Assembly: GCA_951406725.2 (NCBI GenBank)
Contig: OX597818.1
Span: 64,418,001 to 64,482,000, forward strand
Length of the DNA stretch: 64,000 nucleotides
Source: Octopus vulgaris
Lineage: Eukaryota
Direction of reading: 5' to 3'
The notes below the pieces were generated by a model that did not search any database, was not told the origin of the DNA, and worked only from the letters and a program-made list of their open reading frames with translations. Made by a program: the position numbers and the translations under genes. Position 1 is the first letter of the stretch; each line of letters begins with the position of its first letter. Below are positions 44,001-58,804 of this stretch, one piece after another.

Positions 44001-44754
44001 AGACTTAAGATATATTGAACAGAGTTGGATATGTAATATATGAGAGCTACCAACGGATTCTTCCCAATCTGGGACTTTTCTGATTGGCAAGGAACTCAGC
44101 AAAAATGAATATATTTTGGAAAGAGATTTAAAGTTGACGATACTTTTCAAGTGTGGAGTATGAGTTGAATGATATACATTTACCTTTATCTTCACTCGTC
44201 TCTGTAACTGGTGTATGGTTATGGTGGAGCACTGCAACGAAAAGTTTAATCTAAAGAAGCAGCCTTTACGCTCGCGGGCTGTAAAGTAACGAACAGCGGT
44301 TGTCAAGTGCCGGTAGTTTGATGAACATTCGCACGTTTCTATATAAACGCGTACGCACAGACAGACACAGATATAAATACAAACACAGATACAATCATAG
44401 ACACACGCAGATACAATTACACACACATCCATGCACACAGTTTTACGACGGATTTCTACAACATCTAATCAAAAGTCATTTATCAATCTATGGTAATAGT
44501 AGAAGTTACTTGTTCGCTTTGACGCCCACCAGGACGGAGCCCAAAAGCAAATGGCTGCAGTATATGGCGATAAAGCACCATTCGTTACTATGTAAACATG
44601 TCTGCGCCTATATACATAAAAGTGTGTGTGGGTGTGTGTGTGTTTTAAATTTGGAATTGAGATAATTCCAGATGAAAAATATATACGGAGTGGATGTTAG
44701 GTAAAAAAAAAACTTGCTTCCAAACCACGTGGTTCTGGGTTCAGTCCCACTGCG

Positions 44755-45311
44755 GATCAAGTTTGCTAAAAGCCATATTGAATGGATGGACATGTCAAAA
44801 CTTCTTTTGACCAGACGGAAAGAATTATGGTAGACGCCGTCCAATTGAAAAGTTCAATCCTAATTATTTCAAGAAAACAGCGCAAGCGGGAGGTGGGCCG
44901 CATTTCTGAAAGAGTTCTTACTAAAAAGCCAAAAAACTTGTCCCAATTATATTATGATATTGTAGATGTATGGGCGAAAATTCCGAGAGATTTTTGTGCT
45001 CATTTGTCGGACTCCATGTGCTGTGGTTGTAAGGCCGTAATTGATAATAATGGCTATGGAGGTAGATGCTAATAACACATTTGTGTTCGTTGATCATTTG
45101 TGAATTGTCAATGTAAGCACATCAATGTTGGTACGGTTTTAAAATTCTTGTTACGACAAATTTTAATTGTTTGAATTAATTGCGTACTAAAATGATTCAA
45201 ATTGTAGAAAGATATATAACGAATATTTCATTGGAAAGAGAGAAAAATATATACATACAATGTAAAAGAACGGATAGAACTGTCGACATCAGTCTTAAAC
45301 TTATTTTGGCC
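44755..45311 (+). mobile_element. Tc1-like transposon remnant
   Basis: KKPKNLSQLYYDIVDVWAKIPRDFCAHLSDSMCCGCKAVIDNNGYGGRC* resembles a Tc1 transposase C-terminus. Confidence 0.72.
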
Positions 45312-45860
45312 AGGTAAGTAGCTTGCTTACCAACCACATGGTTCCGGGTTCATTCCTACTGCGTGGCAGCTTGGGGAAGTGTTTTCTACTATGTGCTAGG
45401 GCCAACTAAAGGTTTGTGAGTGAATTCGGTAGACGGAAACTGAAAGAAGCCCATCGTAAATGTGTGTGTGTGCGTATGCTTGTGTATCTGTATTCGTCCC
45501 CCGAACATCGATTGACAACCGATGAATAAGTACTAGGCTTACAAAGAATAAGTCCTGGGGTCGATTTGCTCGACTAAAGGCGGTGCCCCAGCATGGCCGC
45601 AGTGAAATAACTGAAACAAATAAAAGAATAAAAGAATAAAATAATATATATATATATGTATGCATTTGTGCGTCTCTGTCCACTCAACATCTCTTGACAA
45701 CCGATGTAGGTTCGTTTACGTCCGCGTCATATCACGGTCCGGCAAAAGGGAGCTGATAGAATAACTACAAGGCTTACAAAGAATATGTCCTGGGGTCAAT
45801 TAGTTTGATTAAAAGGGGTGCTCCAGCATGGCCGGATTCAAATTACTGAAACGAATCAAA
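45312..45860 (+). mobile_element. SINE family A (5'-clipped) plus a second, older tail
   Basis: Family match 45312-45645; diverged tail 45670-45860. Confidence 0.82.
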
Positions 45861-46547
45861 TAATACTAATGGTGACACAGAGTATCTGGCTGCACCAACA
45901 ATTATTGAAAGTATAATTTCACGCATTCAAATTTCCGGACGTACTTTTGTGCCTCGCAATAACTTATGAAAACATAGTTCTTACACATAAACATCATTAA
46001 TTAAAGATAAGAAATATAGATTTCTTTGGGGTTTTTTTTCTATATTTTTGAATTTAGTGAATGTTGATTTTATATAATTTCTATGCGAAGTTTGCCAATA
46101 TCTTTGAACGTTCTATGTGATATCTGCCAGTAATTTTTGTTTCATCTGCAACGCGCACGCCAATCAAAGAATCTTGGACCAATTGATCAAGGAGAATATG
46201 TTTGGTAACGGAGAATGTTAATTTGTTTTTAATAGGGAAGAAAAAAATGTGGCAGAAGAATGAAATGTTTTGCCCAAAGAATATTTCACATAAAGATCAA
46301 TAGAGTTACAGAGTGAGGGGTGGGGAGGTATTGCTCATGTGATGTTTTGGGGTTTGGGAAGAAGGCATTTGGTCTGAAAGATTAATGTTTCCGCGCATAG
46401 CGTGGGTGGTGGTGGCGGTTGTTTAAGTGATTATGGTTTTACACAGTTCAAAATTGTTTGGAGTAAAAACGTGCGCACATCCTTTACTACGTGTTATTCC
46501 TTACTTCATTAAGTCAGTAGACTGCAGCCAAGCTGGGGATCCACTAT

Positions 46548-46978
46548 ACTCTTTTTAACTCTTTTACTTGTTTCAGTCATTTGACTGCGGCCATGCTGGA
46601 GCACCACCTTTAGTCGAGCAAATCGACTCCAGGACTTATTCTTTGTAAGCCCAGTACTTATTCTATCGGTCTCTTTTGCCGAACTGCTAAGTGACGGGGA
46701 CGTAAACACACCAGCATCGGTTGTCAAGCAATGCTAGGGGGGACAAACACAGACACAAACACATACACACACATATAAATATATATATATATACATATAT
46801 ATACATACATATATACGACAGGCTTCTTTCAGTTTCCGTCTACCAATTCCACTCACAAGGCATTGGTCGGCCCGGGGCTATAGCAGAAGACACTTGCCCA
46901 AGATGCCACGCAGTGGGACTGAACCCGAAACCATGTGGTTGGTTAGCAAGCTACTTACCACACAGCCACTCCTGCGCC
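46548..46978 (-). mobile_element. SINE family A, full length, young
   Basis: Very close to the reverse complement of 4123-4615. Confidence 0.92.
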
Positions 46979-47306
46979 TATGAACATTTTAAGTCGAACG
47001 GATCTTTCCAACCACTCATGCATTTTCCCTTAAGCCCAATACTTATCCTGTCGACCACTATGTCCGAACTAAACACACCAAGAACGGTTGTCCAGTAGTG
47101 GTGGAGGACAAACGCAGACACAGTTAGACACAATCACACACACACGCGCATGCACGCACGCACACAAACACACACAAAACGCACAATCACACACACATAG
47201 GTATGTCTATTTTCCGTTCAGTTATATGAAAAAGTATTTGACAATAAAGGTTTCACTCACAGGAACATTGAATGTAGTGTTAATGTTGTTCTTGTCTGTA
47301 GAACAA

Positions 47307-47363
<57 letters not shown>

Positions 47364-47424
47364 ATCTGTCTATCTATATACACACACACGCACATAAACA
47401 CATATATATGTGTGTGTGTGAGTG

Positions 47425-47596
47425 GGTTTGACAGCCGATGTAGGTGTGTTTAGATCACCGTAACCTAGCGGTTGGAAAAAGATACCGGTAGAATAAGTAC
47501 TATGCTTACAAAGAATAAGTCCTAGGGTCGATTAGTTCGACAAAAGGCAGTGCTTAAGCATGGCCGCAGTTAAATGACTAAAGCAAACAAAAGAAT
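47425..47596 (+). mobile_element. SINE family A tail
   Basis: TTGACAGCCGATG...AGAATAAGTACT...CATGGCCGCAG. Confidence 0.78.
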
Positions 47597-47604
47597 ATAT
47601 GCAC

Positions 47605-47792
47605 ACAGATTAGCCACTACACACATTTTTTTCTCTCCTTGTATCTCTCCTTGTTTTTTTTCTGTGTCCCTTTCTGTAGAAGAGCGTAGCCTCGAAACGC
47701 AAAATATATTTTCTATTCCTGAGCGTTATACTAATACATCTGTTTGTTCTTTACACCACCTGTCTTCGTCTTTTCTCTTATTCGTAAACTCT

Positions 47793-47795
<3 letters not shown>
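47605..47795 (+). mobile_element. Family H repeat (copy 4)
   Basis: CUUU-CUGUAGA-A-GAGCGUAGCCUC-GAAACGCA at 47670-47704; 3' end abuts (TA)n. Confidence 0.7.
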
Positions 47796-47868
<73 letters not shown>

Positions 47869-48064
47869 GTACGTATATGTGTGCGTGTGAGTGTGTGTAT
47901 GTAGTCCAGGCAAGGGTTAGTAATAAAAAGCTTGTTTCGCAGCCACATAATTCTTGAAACTGTTCCGCTGCGTGGCACAAGATCGAGAGTATTCTACTGT
48001 AGCGTCGGTCCGGTTAAAGACTTATAAGTGGACTCGTCAGACGGAAACAGAACCACGCCTCTCG

Positions 48065-48101
<37 letters not shown>

Positions 48102-48108
48102 ATGTGTA

Positions 48109-48139
<31 letters not shown>

Positions 48140-48140
48140 A

Positions 48141-48393
48141 CGGTGTGAATTTACAAAAAAAAAAGACGGAGACGCTTGTGTAAACAACAAACAGTTGTAT
48201 TAGTTTAACGCTTGGGAAGTGAGAAAGTCTTTTATATTTCGAGCCTACGCTCTTCGACAGAAAGGAACACAGAAATAAACTGAGCGAGAAAATAGAAATA
48301 GATTTAGTGGCTAGCGATCTATCATGGCGAATGGCGGACAGAGGGGTCACATAGGAGAGCGAGGAAGAAGCGGAAATAACAAAGTAGTGGTGA
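48141..48393 (-). mobile_element. Family H repeat (copy 5)
   Basis: CUUU-CUGUCGA-A-GAGC-GUAG-GCUC-GAAAUAUA-AAAG at 48229-48264; lies between (TG)n and (TA)n. Confidence 0.72.
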
Positions 48394-48395
48394 TA

Positions 48396-48456
<61 letters not shown>

Positions 48457-48723
48457 TGATATCCCGAATAAGAGGAAATAAACAGACACAATAAAAAAAA
48501 TGGATTTAGATATTTATGTGTGTGTGTGTCTGTCTGTCTGTCTGTGTGTATGTGTGAGTGTGTGCGTGTGTGTAATATACATTAGTTGTGTCTGTTTAGC
48601 TATCAACGCTATTTTATGTTCCCACTACTTAGTTGTACAGTAAAAAGAAAAAAATCTCGTGGCGGGGGTGATTCTTTCAACTAAATATTTTTCATTGTTT
48701 TCAGAAACACGCAATGGATTATA

Positions 48724-49262
48724 CAGTGACCCCTCGTCTGTCGTGGGTGTTATGTTCCAAAATTCCCCGCAATGGGTGACAATCCACGAAGCAGAAATTG
48801 TACTGTACTCTAAATTTTTCGTTATTATTATCTTTATAATTTGTATGTATTCATTTCATCATATATACAAAACAACACCACATACTCGCCTCCGGAGTTT
48901 CGTTTTCCATACAGTATATGCGAATCTTTGTTTACTCCTTTACGTATTTTCTCTTGATATATTTTAATTAATGTGTTATGCAAAGCAGTATTGAACAGTA
49001 TTGTTATTTATTAACTTATTCATTTTTAGTTGTGGAAATGCACATTTTACCACAGAAATAATTAAAATCTAAAATATATGTAAATACCTATCGGCTCCAG
49101 AAACCCGCGATATAATGAGAATAAATTTAGACACACATAAACACACGCACACACACATATGTATATATTTATTAGCGATATAAATTAATATATATTAGCC
49201 TGAAAAAACCGCGATGTACTGAGGGCGCAATAAGGAACCCGCGACGTTGCGAGTGATTACTA
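48724..49262. mobile_element. Tigger/pogo-like MITE
   Basis: TA-CAGTGACCCCTCG ... CGAGTGATTACTA-TA with repeated CCGCGA subterminal motifs. Confidence 0.62.
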
Positions 49263-51775
49263 TATGTATATAAGTTCATATATATATACATATATATTAG
49301 GGTGAAGAAAAACGTTAGGCAGTAACTTAGATAAATATTTGTAAGAGTAACAATAGAATAAATTAGGAAATACAGCAAGTGGAGCAAATATGATTTGGTA
49401 GCTGAAGGCGACATTGTATATTTGTGATTATGGAAATAAGATTTCAATTGAAAAACTAGTTGTCAAATAAAGGATATTATGAGGTGAATACATTTTAGAT
49501 AGACAGGAGATCGATATCGATGAATAAGTGTCAGAGGGAAGCATTAAGATGAAGAATGTCAGGAGGCAAGCAGAAATGTTATAGCTTGAACTTGTGATAT
49601 ACTGACAAAGGAAGAACAGATACTCAGAGGTATTAAAATAATTTGTCGAGAAAGACCCTAACGAAAAAGGGTCGACGGCTTCGGCAGTAAAGCCCTGATG
49701 ACCAAAACATTAAGATGTTATCATCACATTTCCAATGAAGTCCTGCATGTAGTCATGCATCAGCCCGCAGCTTTCCGCATCATAGATATTCATCGCATGC
49801 TTATCCTCTTCCTTCGGTCAAATAATCTTTACTGGGCCTTCCTCTGGTTTGGCGCAGCAGCTGCGGGTTAGAATTTGATTCATGTAGAGTTTCAGAGACT
49901 CAATTCCAGCTTCGAGAATGCAGAATGGTAGACACAGGACCGTCAGTGATGCGGGGCACTGGTGGATCTGCTCGGCCGCACGCACGGAGACACCTTTGAA
50001 ACCGCTGACCAAGGATGACCCAAGCCACATCAAACAACTACAGAGAGTGTGTGAGAGACAGACAGAGAGAGAGAGAGAGAGAGAGAAAGAGCGAAAGAGA
50101 GTGAGTGTGTGTGTGAGATAAAATGAGAGATTTTGGAAGAAATGAAATACTTCGAAATGGTACGTAAGATTCAAGAGAGAATTTCATGATGTTTTACCAT
50201 TTCATATTTTACAATCATCCAGTGAGACGAATGACAAGATTCCATTTTTATCGCTTTAACCCGGAAATTCTTTAAAAGATGCTACACAAAATATATTTAA
50301 TATCATTGTCTCCCTAGAAATGAATAAATCTAAGTCCTCGTTGGATATTTATAAATTAAATATAAGGAATAAAAAAAAACACAAACATTAGAAGATTTTC
50401 CAACATATTCCACTTTCAAACTGCAAAGCATTTCGGTTGTTTAAATAAGTATAGAATATTCTTTTTTTAATTAGAAACACTAAAAATCATTCAAAATATG
50501 TAACAATAGAGATTAAAGTGAAGAAACGGAATTTTACAAAAGCATTGTTGAATGGGAGCAATGACGAAAAAAAAAAAAACAAGATGTAAACAGGAAATTA
50601 AGAAAATATTCCATGGAAGATTGAACGATGGCAAATATAATAAGACTGAAACCCTTTTATATGAATACAAGACACATTTATATCTTTAACGTGAGCTCTA
50701 AAGAGGAAAAAGGAAGATAGAAAACAAAAGAGTGGTAGGATACACATAAAACCGTCACTAGTACTCTTATGAAATTGCTGCCCCTGTGGTGAAATTTGGA
50801 ACCGTTACATCACTTCAAAGTGATGCATTGGAAAGATGGTAGTGAATAGATTACATCTCTGACGTAGATCTTCAGTTTAAATCGATTGTATCAGCCCGAA
50901 TATATGACTGGTATATTTCTATCGACCACGAAAGAAATGCAGTGAAAGTCAACCTCTGCGGAATTTGACCGTTAATGTATAATTATTTTCGAAACTTAGG
51001 CACACGGTAAGAAGTTTCGGGGGAGGCGCTAAGTCGAATAAATCATCCCCAGTCCAGTCCTCAACAGATATTATTTTACCGATCCTAGAGGAGTAATCGC
51101 CAAGTCAGCAACGGCAAAATTTGAACCCATAACGTAAAGACTGACAAAATGCTACCAATGATTTTGTAATGCAGTATGATCGTTTCAAGCGATTCTATTT
51201 AATCGAAAAACGCAACCATTACATCAAATTAAATGCTGAGCAATCCTCAGCTGCATAAATATATAGAATGAAATTAAATTAAAACAGATGGCTACATTAA
51301 TAGAATTTTATCTAAAATCATTAAGATGGTAAAGAGTTAGACAAAGAACATGCTGTTTTCACTTCAGCTTAGAAGCTACTAAAGTATCAGGAAGAATGAC
51401 TTGTTAAAAATCTAGCTGGTTACTGTTTTTATTTTTGGGTCAGACTTGTTTATCAAATCTTTGTATATCAAAATATAAGGCCAAGGAACAAGGAGCAGTC
51501 TGTTTGGAAAGGGGCTGAGGGAGTCGACAGAAATCATAGTGGGTATAGTCATGAAATGATCAAGATTAATTTGAAGCAATATCATGAAATTTCGTAAAGG
51601 AATTTTAAATCAAGATGTTATCTCCCAGTTAAAGGGGCAAGACTCTAGCAAACCAATGTTGATAACGCAGGGGAAATTTTATCATGGGGTACTATAGTTG
51701 AATATTTTAAACGATTTGTATAAAGTTAAAATTTAGGGTTATAAAGAAGATTATTAAGAAGAACATTATATATAT

Positions 51776-51945
51776 AGTAGAAATTTACAGAAAAACAAAT
51801 TACGAAGACGAGTTTATAAACAACAAGCGGATGTATTAGTTTGACGCTCGGGAAGGTAAAAAAGTCTTTTACGTTTCGTGTCTACGCTCTTCGACAAAAA
51901 GGAACACGAGCAAATACAGAGAGAGAGAGAGAATAAAACGAGACA
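51776..51945 (-). mobile_element. Family H repeat (copy 6)
   Basis: UUGUCGA-A-GAGCGUAGACAC-GAAACGUA-AAAG at 51866-51901; 3' end abuts a short (TA)n. Confidence 0.65.
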
Positions 51946-52734
51946 ATAGTAAGAGATTTATGTACGCATGTAACCATTGATATGTTATGAAATATACTGA
52001 ATTGTGCGTGTAATAAATTGTGTTGAGCTAATCCGCAAATTTATCTGGCAAGAGCTGGCAAGATTTTTGGAATGCCTATCGGCATTTCGTTTCTTCTCAT
52101 GATCTGAATTCCCATTTCCCACAGAACGACTTTATCTTTCATCCTTTTGGTGTCAATAATATTTGTCCCAAATGCGGACTTTTGCCGACGTACCCGACCA
52201 AATCACGCAGAGGAAAATGCTGGCCTTGGGCCAAAATTTGCAAAGTATATAACCCGCACAAACACAGATACACACACAGGAAAGTATGTACGTACGCTTT
52301 GATATCTGTACATTTATATACATTAGTAACATGGTACGTATTAAATTTCGAAGTACGTTTTAGAGAAATGCTTATATACGAAAAAACTTCTTGCTTTAGA
52401 AATACGTAATCGGATCGGATTAGATATTAATTCGAACGGATTCATTAAAGTAAATCAGAAAAGAGAGATGTTATACAGAAACTATTATTCTGGAGTAGGC
52501 CGTTCACATGATATGAAGGAGTGATAAAGCTAAAAAGAACATGGATGTAAAATAGTAGTACATGTGACACGGCGATTCATATACCACAATCAAACGTAGG
52601 AATTACTCACGTATTTATATTCGCTTCACTTTTCTTGTCCATTTTTTCTTCCAAATGGAGAGTTCTTATCTCAAGTGCTTCGAAGATATGACTCATGATA
52701 GTATGAATTGCTTTGTGCATATGTATATTTGAGT

Positions 52735-52976
52735 GTATGTATGTATGTATGTATGTATGTGTGTATGTATGTATGTATGTATGTATGTATGTATGTATGT
52801 ATGTATGAATGTATGTATGTATGTATGTATGTATGTATGCATCTGTGTATGTATGTATGCATGTCTGTATGTATCTGTGTATGTATGTATATATGTATGT
52901 TTGTATGTATGTTTGTATGTAAGTATGTATGTATATATGTGTACATGTAGGGATGTAAAATGCATGTGTATCTATC

Positions 52977-53008
<32 letters not shown>

Positions 53009-53167
53009 AATAGAGAGAGAGAGAGAGAGAGACGATGAGAGGGAGACACACAGAGACAAAATGAGATTGAAGGAGAGACACCGATAGAGAGAGGGGCCGA
53101 TGTATATATAAATAAATATATACGAGGATAGATATATGGATAATTAGATAGACAGATAGATAGATAT

Positions 53168-53260
<93 letters not shown>
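52735..53260. repeat. Compound (TATG)n/(TA)n/(GA)n/(GATA)n microsatellite block
   Basis: Directly visible; source of the 251-aa spurious ORF. Confidence 0.95.
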
Positions 53261-53263
<3 letters not shown>

Positions 53264-53686
53264 ATGGACTGACAGGTAGAAGGATAGATGGAAGCATAAA
53301 AAGAGAGCGGGAGAGAGGGGGGAAAGAGGGAGATGGAATCTTTAAACTTTTCCCCATTAAGATGTGAAATGTAAAATCATATCCATCCTGGTGTTGGAAG
53401 CTCGATTTCTCTAATGTTAACTGCATCTATACGGCCACATATTGTGAAGAACTAAATCTGCCCAAATTATTAATTGATTGTGGAGCCCCCAGAAACAGCT
53501 GTTGAATTATGAAACCTTTGTTCTACGCCTTTTCTATCTTTTCTATCTTTTATACTCTCAGTAAGTTGGACCTATTAATTTAAATATCCATGTATTCATA
53601 TTTCAAAATGTATCATTCGTAAGTCTGCGCCTTTTGCTTTCTCTCATTTTGCATGTATATGTATATACATATTTTACATCTGTGTA

Positions 53687-54042
53687 GGGACAATGGCCCA
53701 GTGGTTAGGGCAGCGAACTTGCGGTCGTATGATCGCGTTTTCGATTCCCAGACGGGGTGTTGTGAGTGTCTATTGAGCGAAAACAACTAAAGCTCCCCGA
53801 CGTTCCGGCAGGAGGTTTTGGCGAACCCTGCTGTATTTTTCACAACAACTGTCTCTCATTCTTTCTTCCGGTATTTTAAAGGACCATCCTTGTCACAACC
53901 TGTGTCAAGCTGAATCTATCCGAGAACTACTTTAAGGGTACACGTGTCTGTCGAGCGTTCAGCACGTTTATTTCATGAAGAGGCTGTTCCGTTGATCGGA
54001 TCAACAAGAACCATGGTCGTCGCAACCGACGGAGTGCCCCAA
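53687..54042 (+). mobile_element. SINE family B
   Basis: Head CAATGGCCCAGTGGTTAGGGCAGC...TTCGATTCCC; colinear with 20145-20866. Confidence 0.85.
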
Positions 54043-54954
54043 TATTGTATATTTCATACCCACTGTAATATACTTAATATATTTGATATATTTACTGTAA
54101 CTAATTTCCTTATCCGCATATTGCCTCTATATATATGTGAATATTTATGCGTGTGTGTCTTTGTATCTGTGTTTGTTAAACACAGATACAAAGACACGCA
54201 CACATAAATATTCACAATATTGACAAACACACTCCATCATAATAACCGGTGCTGGTGTATTTACGTCCCCGTAAATTTGTGATTCGGCATAAGAGAGCGT
54301 TAGATTAAGAAGTAGGGTTAAAAGAAAAGTGCTCGGGTCAATTTGTTCGACTAAAAGCATTCAGAGAGGTGCCATAGCATGGCCGCGGGCAAATGACAGA
54401 AATAAGTAAAAAGAAAAAAAGAAAGAAGATATATATGTGTGAGATGAGCGCGCATGCGACTCTTTATCTCTGTACTAGAATATGTATAAATTGGTAGAGA
54501 TAGAAAGAGAGAGAGAGGAAGAGAGAAGAGAGGGCAGACAGACAATCAGATACAGAGAGAGGCATATCCGAACATGCTTCCCCTCGCGTGCACACAAACC
54601 CATTCATACGCGTGTGGAGTAGGGAACATCACCGTACACATCAGTTTATTTGTTTAGGCATACAAGTGGAGCATTGCTTCGAGTAAGTGAATGCCATTTG
54701 CGATGATTTTATTCAGAAATGCATGCATTTATTCTGAATTATACTTGAAAATATTTCTTTATTCGAGTGTTAAAATAAATAGCATTTAAATGCAAGGAGA
54801 TATCAGTGAAATTGGGATTTACATCAATGCCTTCATTCAAAACAAACATTTACTCGCAAGCTGAAGAAGCAGAAGCATACAGTATTCCATATCTCTTCAG
54901 TTGGAATCAGGTAGATTCTTCGTAAAATGGAAGCGTCGGTGTGTGTGCGTGTTC

Positions 54955-54994
<40 letters not shown>

Positions 54995-55047
54995 GTTCGT
55001 TTATAAATATGCATATATATTTATATATATATATATATGTATAAATG

Positions 55048-55106
<59 letters not shown>

Positions 55107-55670
55107 GTGTGTCTATGTATACATATATATATATATATATATGTATGTATATGTATGTGTATGTTTGATGTGTGTCTAAAGTTAAATATATATTTTTTTA
55201 ATAGGGAAGAGTATTTACATATATAAATATATAGGCATACGAACACGAATAAACGTACATACACACTCTTATATACGTGTGTGACGGTGGGTTGATGGTG
55301 CTTTTGCGTATGTATGGGAAATATTTGTATGAAGCTATGAATACACGTCAACATGTACGAACAAAAGCTGCTTTTCTTGGAGATGCATTTATTTAAGATA
55401 CACGAGTAATGCATGCATAGGATTACGCTGATTGCTCCTACCATATACGACATAAACCAGCAGGAATTGTTTTCTGGTTCTTTATCTACAATTCTGCATT
55501 TTTATCCAGGCATACATATTCGCTTACATAGGATCATTAACTTACAGACGGAGATATCTACTTACGTACATACTTATCAAAATACGCGCTTGCTTCCATT
55601 TTTCCACACACATACACCAGTTCACACACTCTAATTCATTCACTCACACAAACACACTTGAAGGCAAATG

Positions 55671-55727
<57 letters not shown>

Positions 55728-56779
55728 GCACATATGTACATATATATTTATTATTGGAAAGATAGTTTAGAACAAACGTTATGCATCCATTTACATCTAA
55801 AATTATTTTTCACAATATGCAGTGGTGTGTTCATTTCCAATTGTGTTAAGTTCTGTGTGTGCCTGAGGATGGCTTTTGTGTCTAAATGATAAAACCGATA
55901 TATAATCTATTTTATTATTATAGGGAATTAATATCATTTACTTTAAATCGACTCTCGATATAAGAATGGAAATTACATTTAAATTGGATTTCGGTTAAAT
56001 ACATCCATAATTCTCAACTTGTTCGAAATGGATCATATTATAAAAATAGGAAATGCTAATAGCTTAAATTTCCTTGCAGAATGATACGATTGTGTTTCAA
56101 TATAGACTGGAATGTATGCATTGATATACGAAAATATATGTGTACGTATCCTTGTGTGTATGTCTGTGTGTCTGTGTGTGTGCGTATTTAGACAGAATGA
56201 TACTCTTTATGACTCACATTATGATATTCTATATCTACATCGTATAACATTGTGTTATTTTGTATTATTATTTTAAATAAATTTAATTATACATTTTTAA
56301 AATGCTGCAAGATGACGAACCGAATCAATTTATTGGGATATTTTCGTTTTTTATTTTTTATACATGAATTTCTTTAGTGGATTTGAAAGTTGCATATTTT
56401 ATTGACCGATTTATAAGAAAATATGCATTCATAGAGAAGAAACTCCTATTTTCATATCATATAATATCACAGAAAGCTAAACATTTTAACATACAGTGGA
56501 ATATCTGTCATATCAAATACATATCATACCTCCATTCTGGGCTCCTGGATATACACGTATATTAGAAAGTGCAAACCTGCCCAAAAGGAATCAAACATTT
56601 TTTGCTATTCCCATCAGACAGACTGTGATTCGTAACATAATGGTGACTAAAATGTAGCCCGCAACAAAAAGAAATTAAACAAAAACCAAACAAAACTACA
56701 ATTTATAAAATTAAATACGTAGATACGTAAAAATATTCCTCTAGCCGTCATATGAACCTAATCAGACAGAAACATAAAA

Positions 56780-57028
56780 ATAAATGCACCCTTTTAAAGC
56801 CTAGCCAGGCTCATGGGCCCGGCTTCCCGGTTTCAATGGCGTATATGTTCCCCAGCTGGACGGGACGCCAGTCCTTCGCAGGGTTACTCATTTTTGCCAG
56901 CTCAGTGGACTGGAGAAACGTGAAATGAAGTGTTTTGCTCAAGAACACAACGCGTTGCCCGGTCCAGAAATCGAAACCACAAACTTACGAACATGATGCA
57001 GACACCCTAACCACTAAGCCACGTGCCC
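56780..57028 (-). mobile_element. tRNA-derived SINE family D (V-domain-like body)
   Basis: Head GTGGCTTAGTGGTTAGGG...GGTTTCGATT; AACCCTGCGAAGGACTGGCGTCCCGTCCAG resembles the V-SINE domain; the tail also occurs at about 9012-9050. Confidence 0.75.
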
Positions 57029-58072
57029 CCACTCGACAGAAACATACTCTATGTATAATGTGCTTTGTAACTCGTGCAAAATCTATAGAGTTGTATAGGC
57101 GAGCATCACATTTTAATTCTGCATTTGAATATTTCTTGACATACTCCTTGCAATGAGCCTCAGTTCTCTACGATATATGGTCATCTAAATTCTTTAAGAT
57201 GTTTGCTTTCAGATTTCATATATTGTCCCTAATTTTCCACCGTTTATTTCAGTATCCAGTGGGAAGTTTGCAGAATTGGTGAGTGACAGCCTCTAACCTA
57301 GAGTTGTGCTTAGTAGACGAGTTCTTCTAAGTAGACAAGCAGTGTCTCCTCGAAATCTTTAAAAATTGAGTATGCTGCTATCAATTCCTTCCTGTATGTT
57401 CCTTAGCTGGAACAAATGCAGCAGTTCTTAAATAATAAATAAATGACGAAAAATATTGTGACAAATAATTATATATCAGAAAGAGCCAGGAAATTGAAAA
57501 GACAACAGGTTTTATTTATGAAGAATATAACATTTTTAGCAACAAACATTCTATAAATAGGCAGAGATTCAGTAAATGACGCAAAAAAGAGAAAAACAAA
57601 TAACAGAGGTATATATAAGATGCATTCACCTGTATATATTTGGATATTTTCACGTTTTTGTCCGTAAGTTGAGCACGTCAATCAGTGGAAAGTTATGATT
57701 CTCTGGTGTATAAAAGATCCGTCACGACAATTTTAATTTGTTCTCAAACAAAATCACTAGTTTTTCACTTTTAGGGTAATATTTTCATATCCACTTCAAT
57801 GTTTTTTTCCCCGTACTTCTAGTATGGTCTATATTTAATTATCCGTTGTTGAAAATTGAAAATTCGATGTTTATGTTCATTTATTATGCCAAATATATTT
57901 GGATGATTTCATCAAAATTCCGATTTTCATGTTACAAAAATATACAATCCTTGCACGATGTGCGCAGAATCTGGTTTCTATTGCTTTGGGTATATCTCCT
58001 TATGATTTAAAAAACATTTTCTTTTGTGCATTTTCCCTCGTTATGGGGTTGATAGGCATAATAAAAGGAATT

Positions 58073-58321
58073 ATAGAATCTGATATTTGATCAGTATCGA
58101 TTATAAAAATATATATTTAGCGAGAAATAATTAAATTTTTCAATCATAATTACGTAATATGTGAACATTTTTGTCGTTCTGGTGCCGGTCAATTCTCAGA
58201 GAAACTTGAAAATACTTCAGTTGTACTACTTAGGACACACATCAAATTATAAAGTAATTACAATATTTCCACTATTACATCTGTTTCTTAAAATATATAT
58301 TTATACATGAATAATCTGAAA
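58073..58321. repeat. Left outer arm of a long inverted duplication (partner 62174-62422)
   Basis: About 250 bp with few mismatches to the reverse complement of 62174-62422. Confidence 0.92.
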
Positions 58322-58358
58322 GACATGCATATTATATATATATATATATATATACAAA

Positions 58359-58438
<80 letters not shown>

Positions 58439-58804
58439 AGAAGAACAAGTCAACATCATCGGTAACTACTGAGCCGCAGGTTTTATGTCGGAGTTATCCC
58501 AGTTACCTGAGTTACCGTCTCCTAGAAGGATGCCCTAACAAAGGCTAACAGTCCTTCACTCCCAATAGTTTAACCGCGCGATCGGGTATTCAGTCCGTTT
58601 ATTTCTATGTCCCGGTGCATGATATAGCCTTAAGACATTTATTGCATCGCCGTTGACTCTCAAGAGTTCCTCCGCCTTTTGACGGGTTATGCTTTTCATC
58701 CCGCAGGGTGTCCAATAAATATCCTCCTCACCAAGCAAGCTTGGTGGAGTTGCCAGTTTCGTTGCCGACGACCCGACCATGCAACATACATACATACATA
58801 CATA

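Noticed and set aside
55863-55908. CUGAGGA-U-GG...CC-GAUA motif
   Set aside because: GAAA is altered and there is no stem I; too degenerate to call.
58440-58785. GC-richer segment between microsatellites, as a possible exon
   Set aside because: Looks like a dispersed retroposon-type repeat; no recognisable protein and I cannot classify it.
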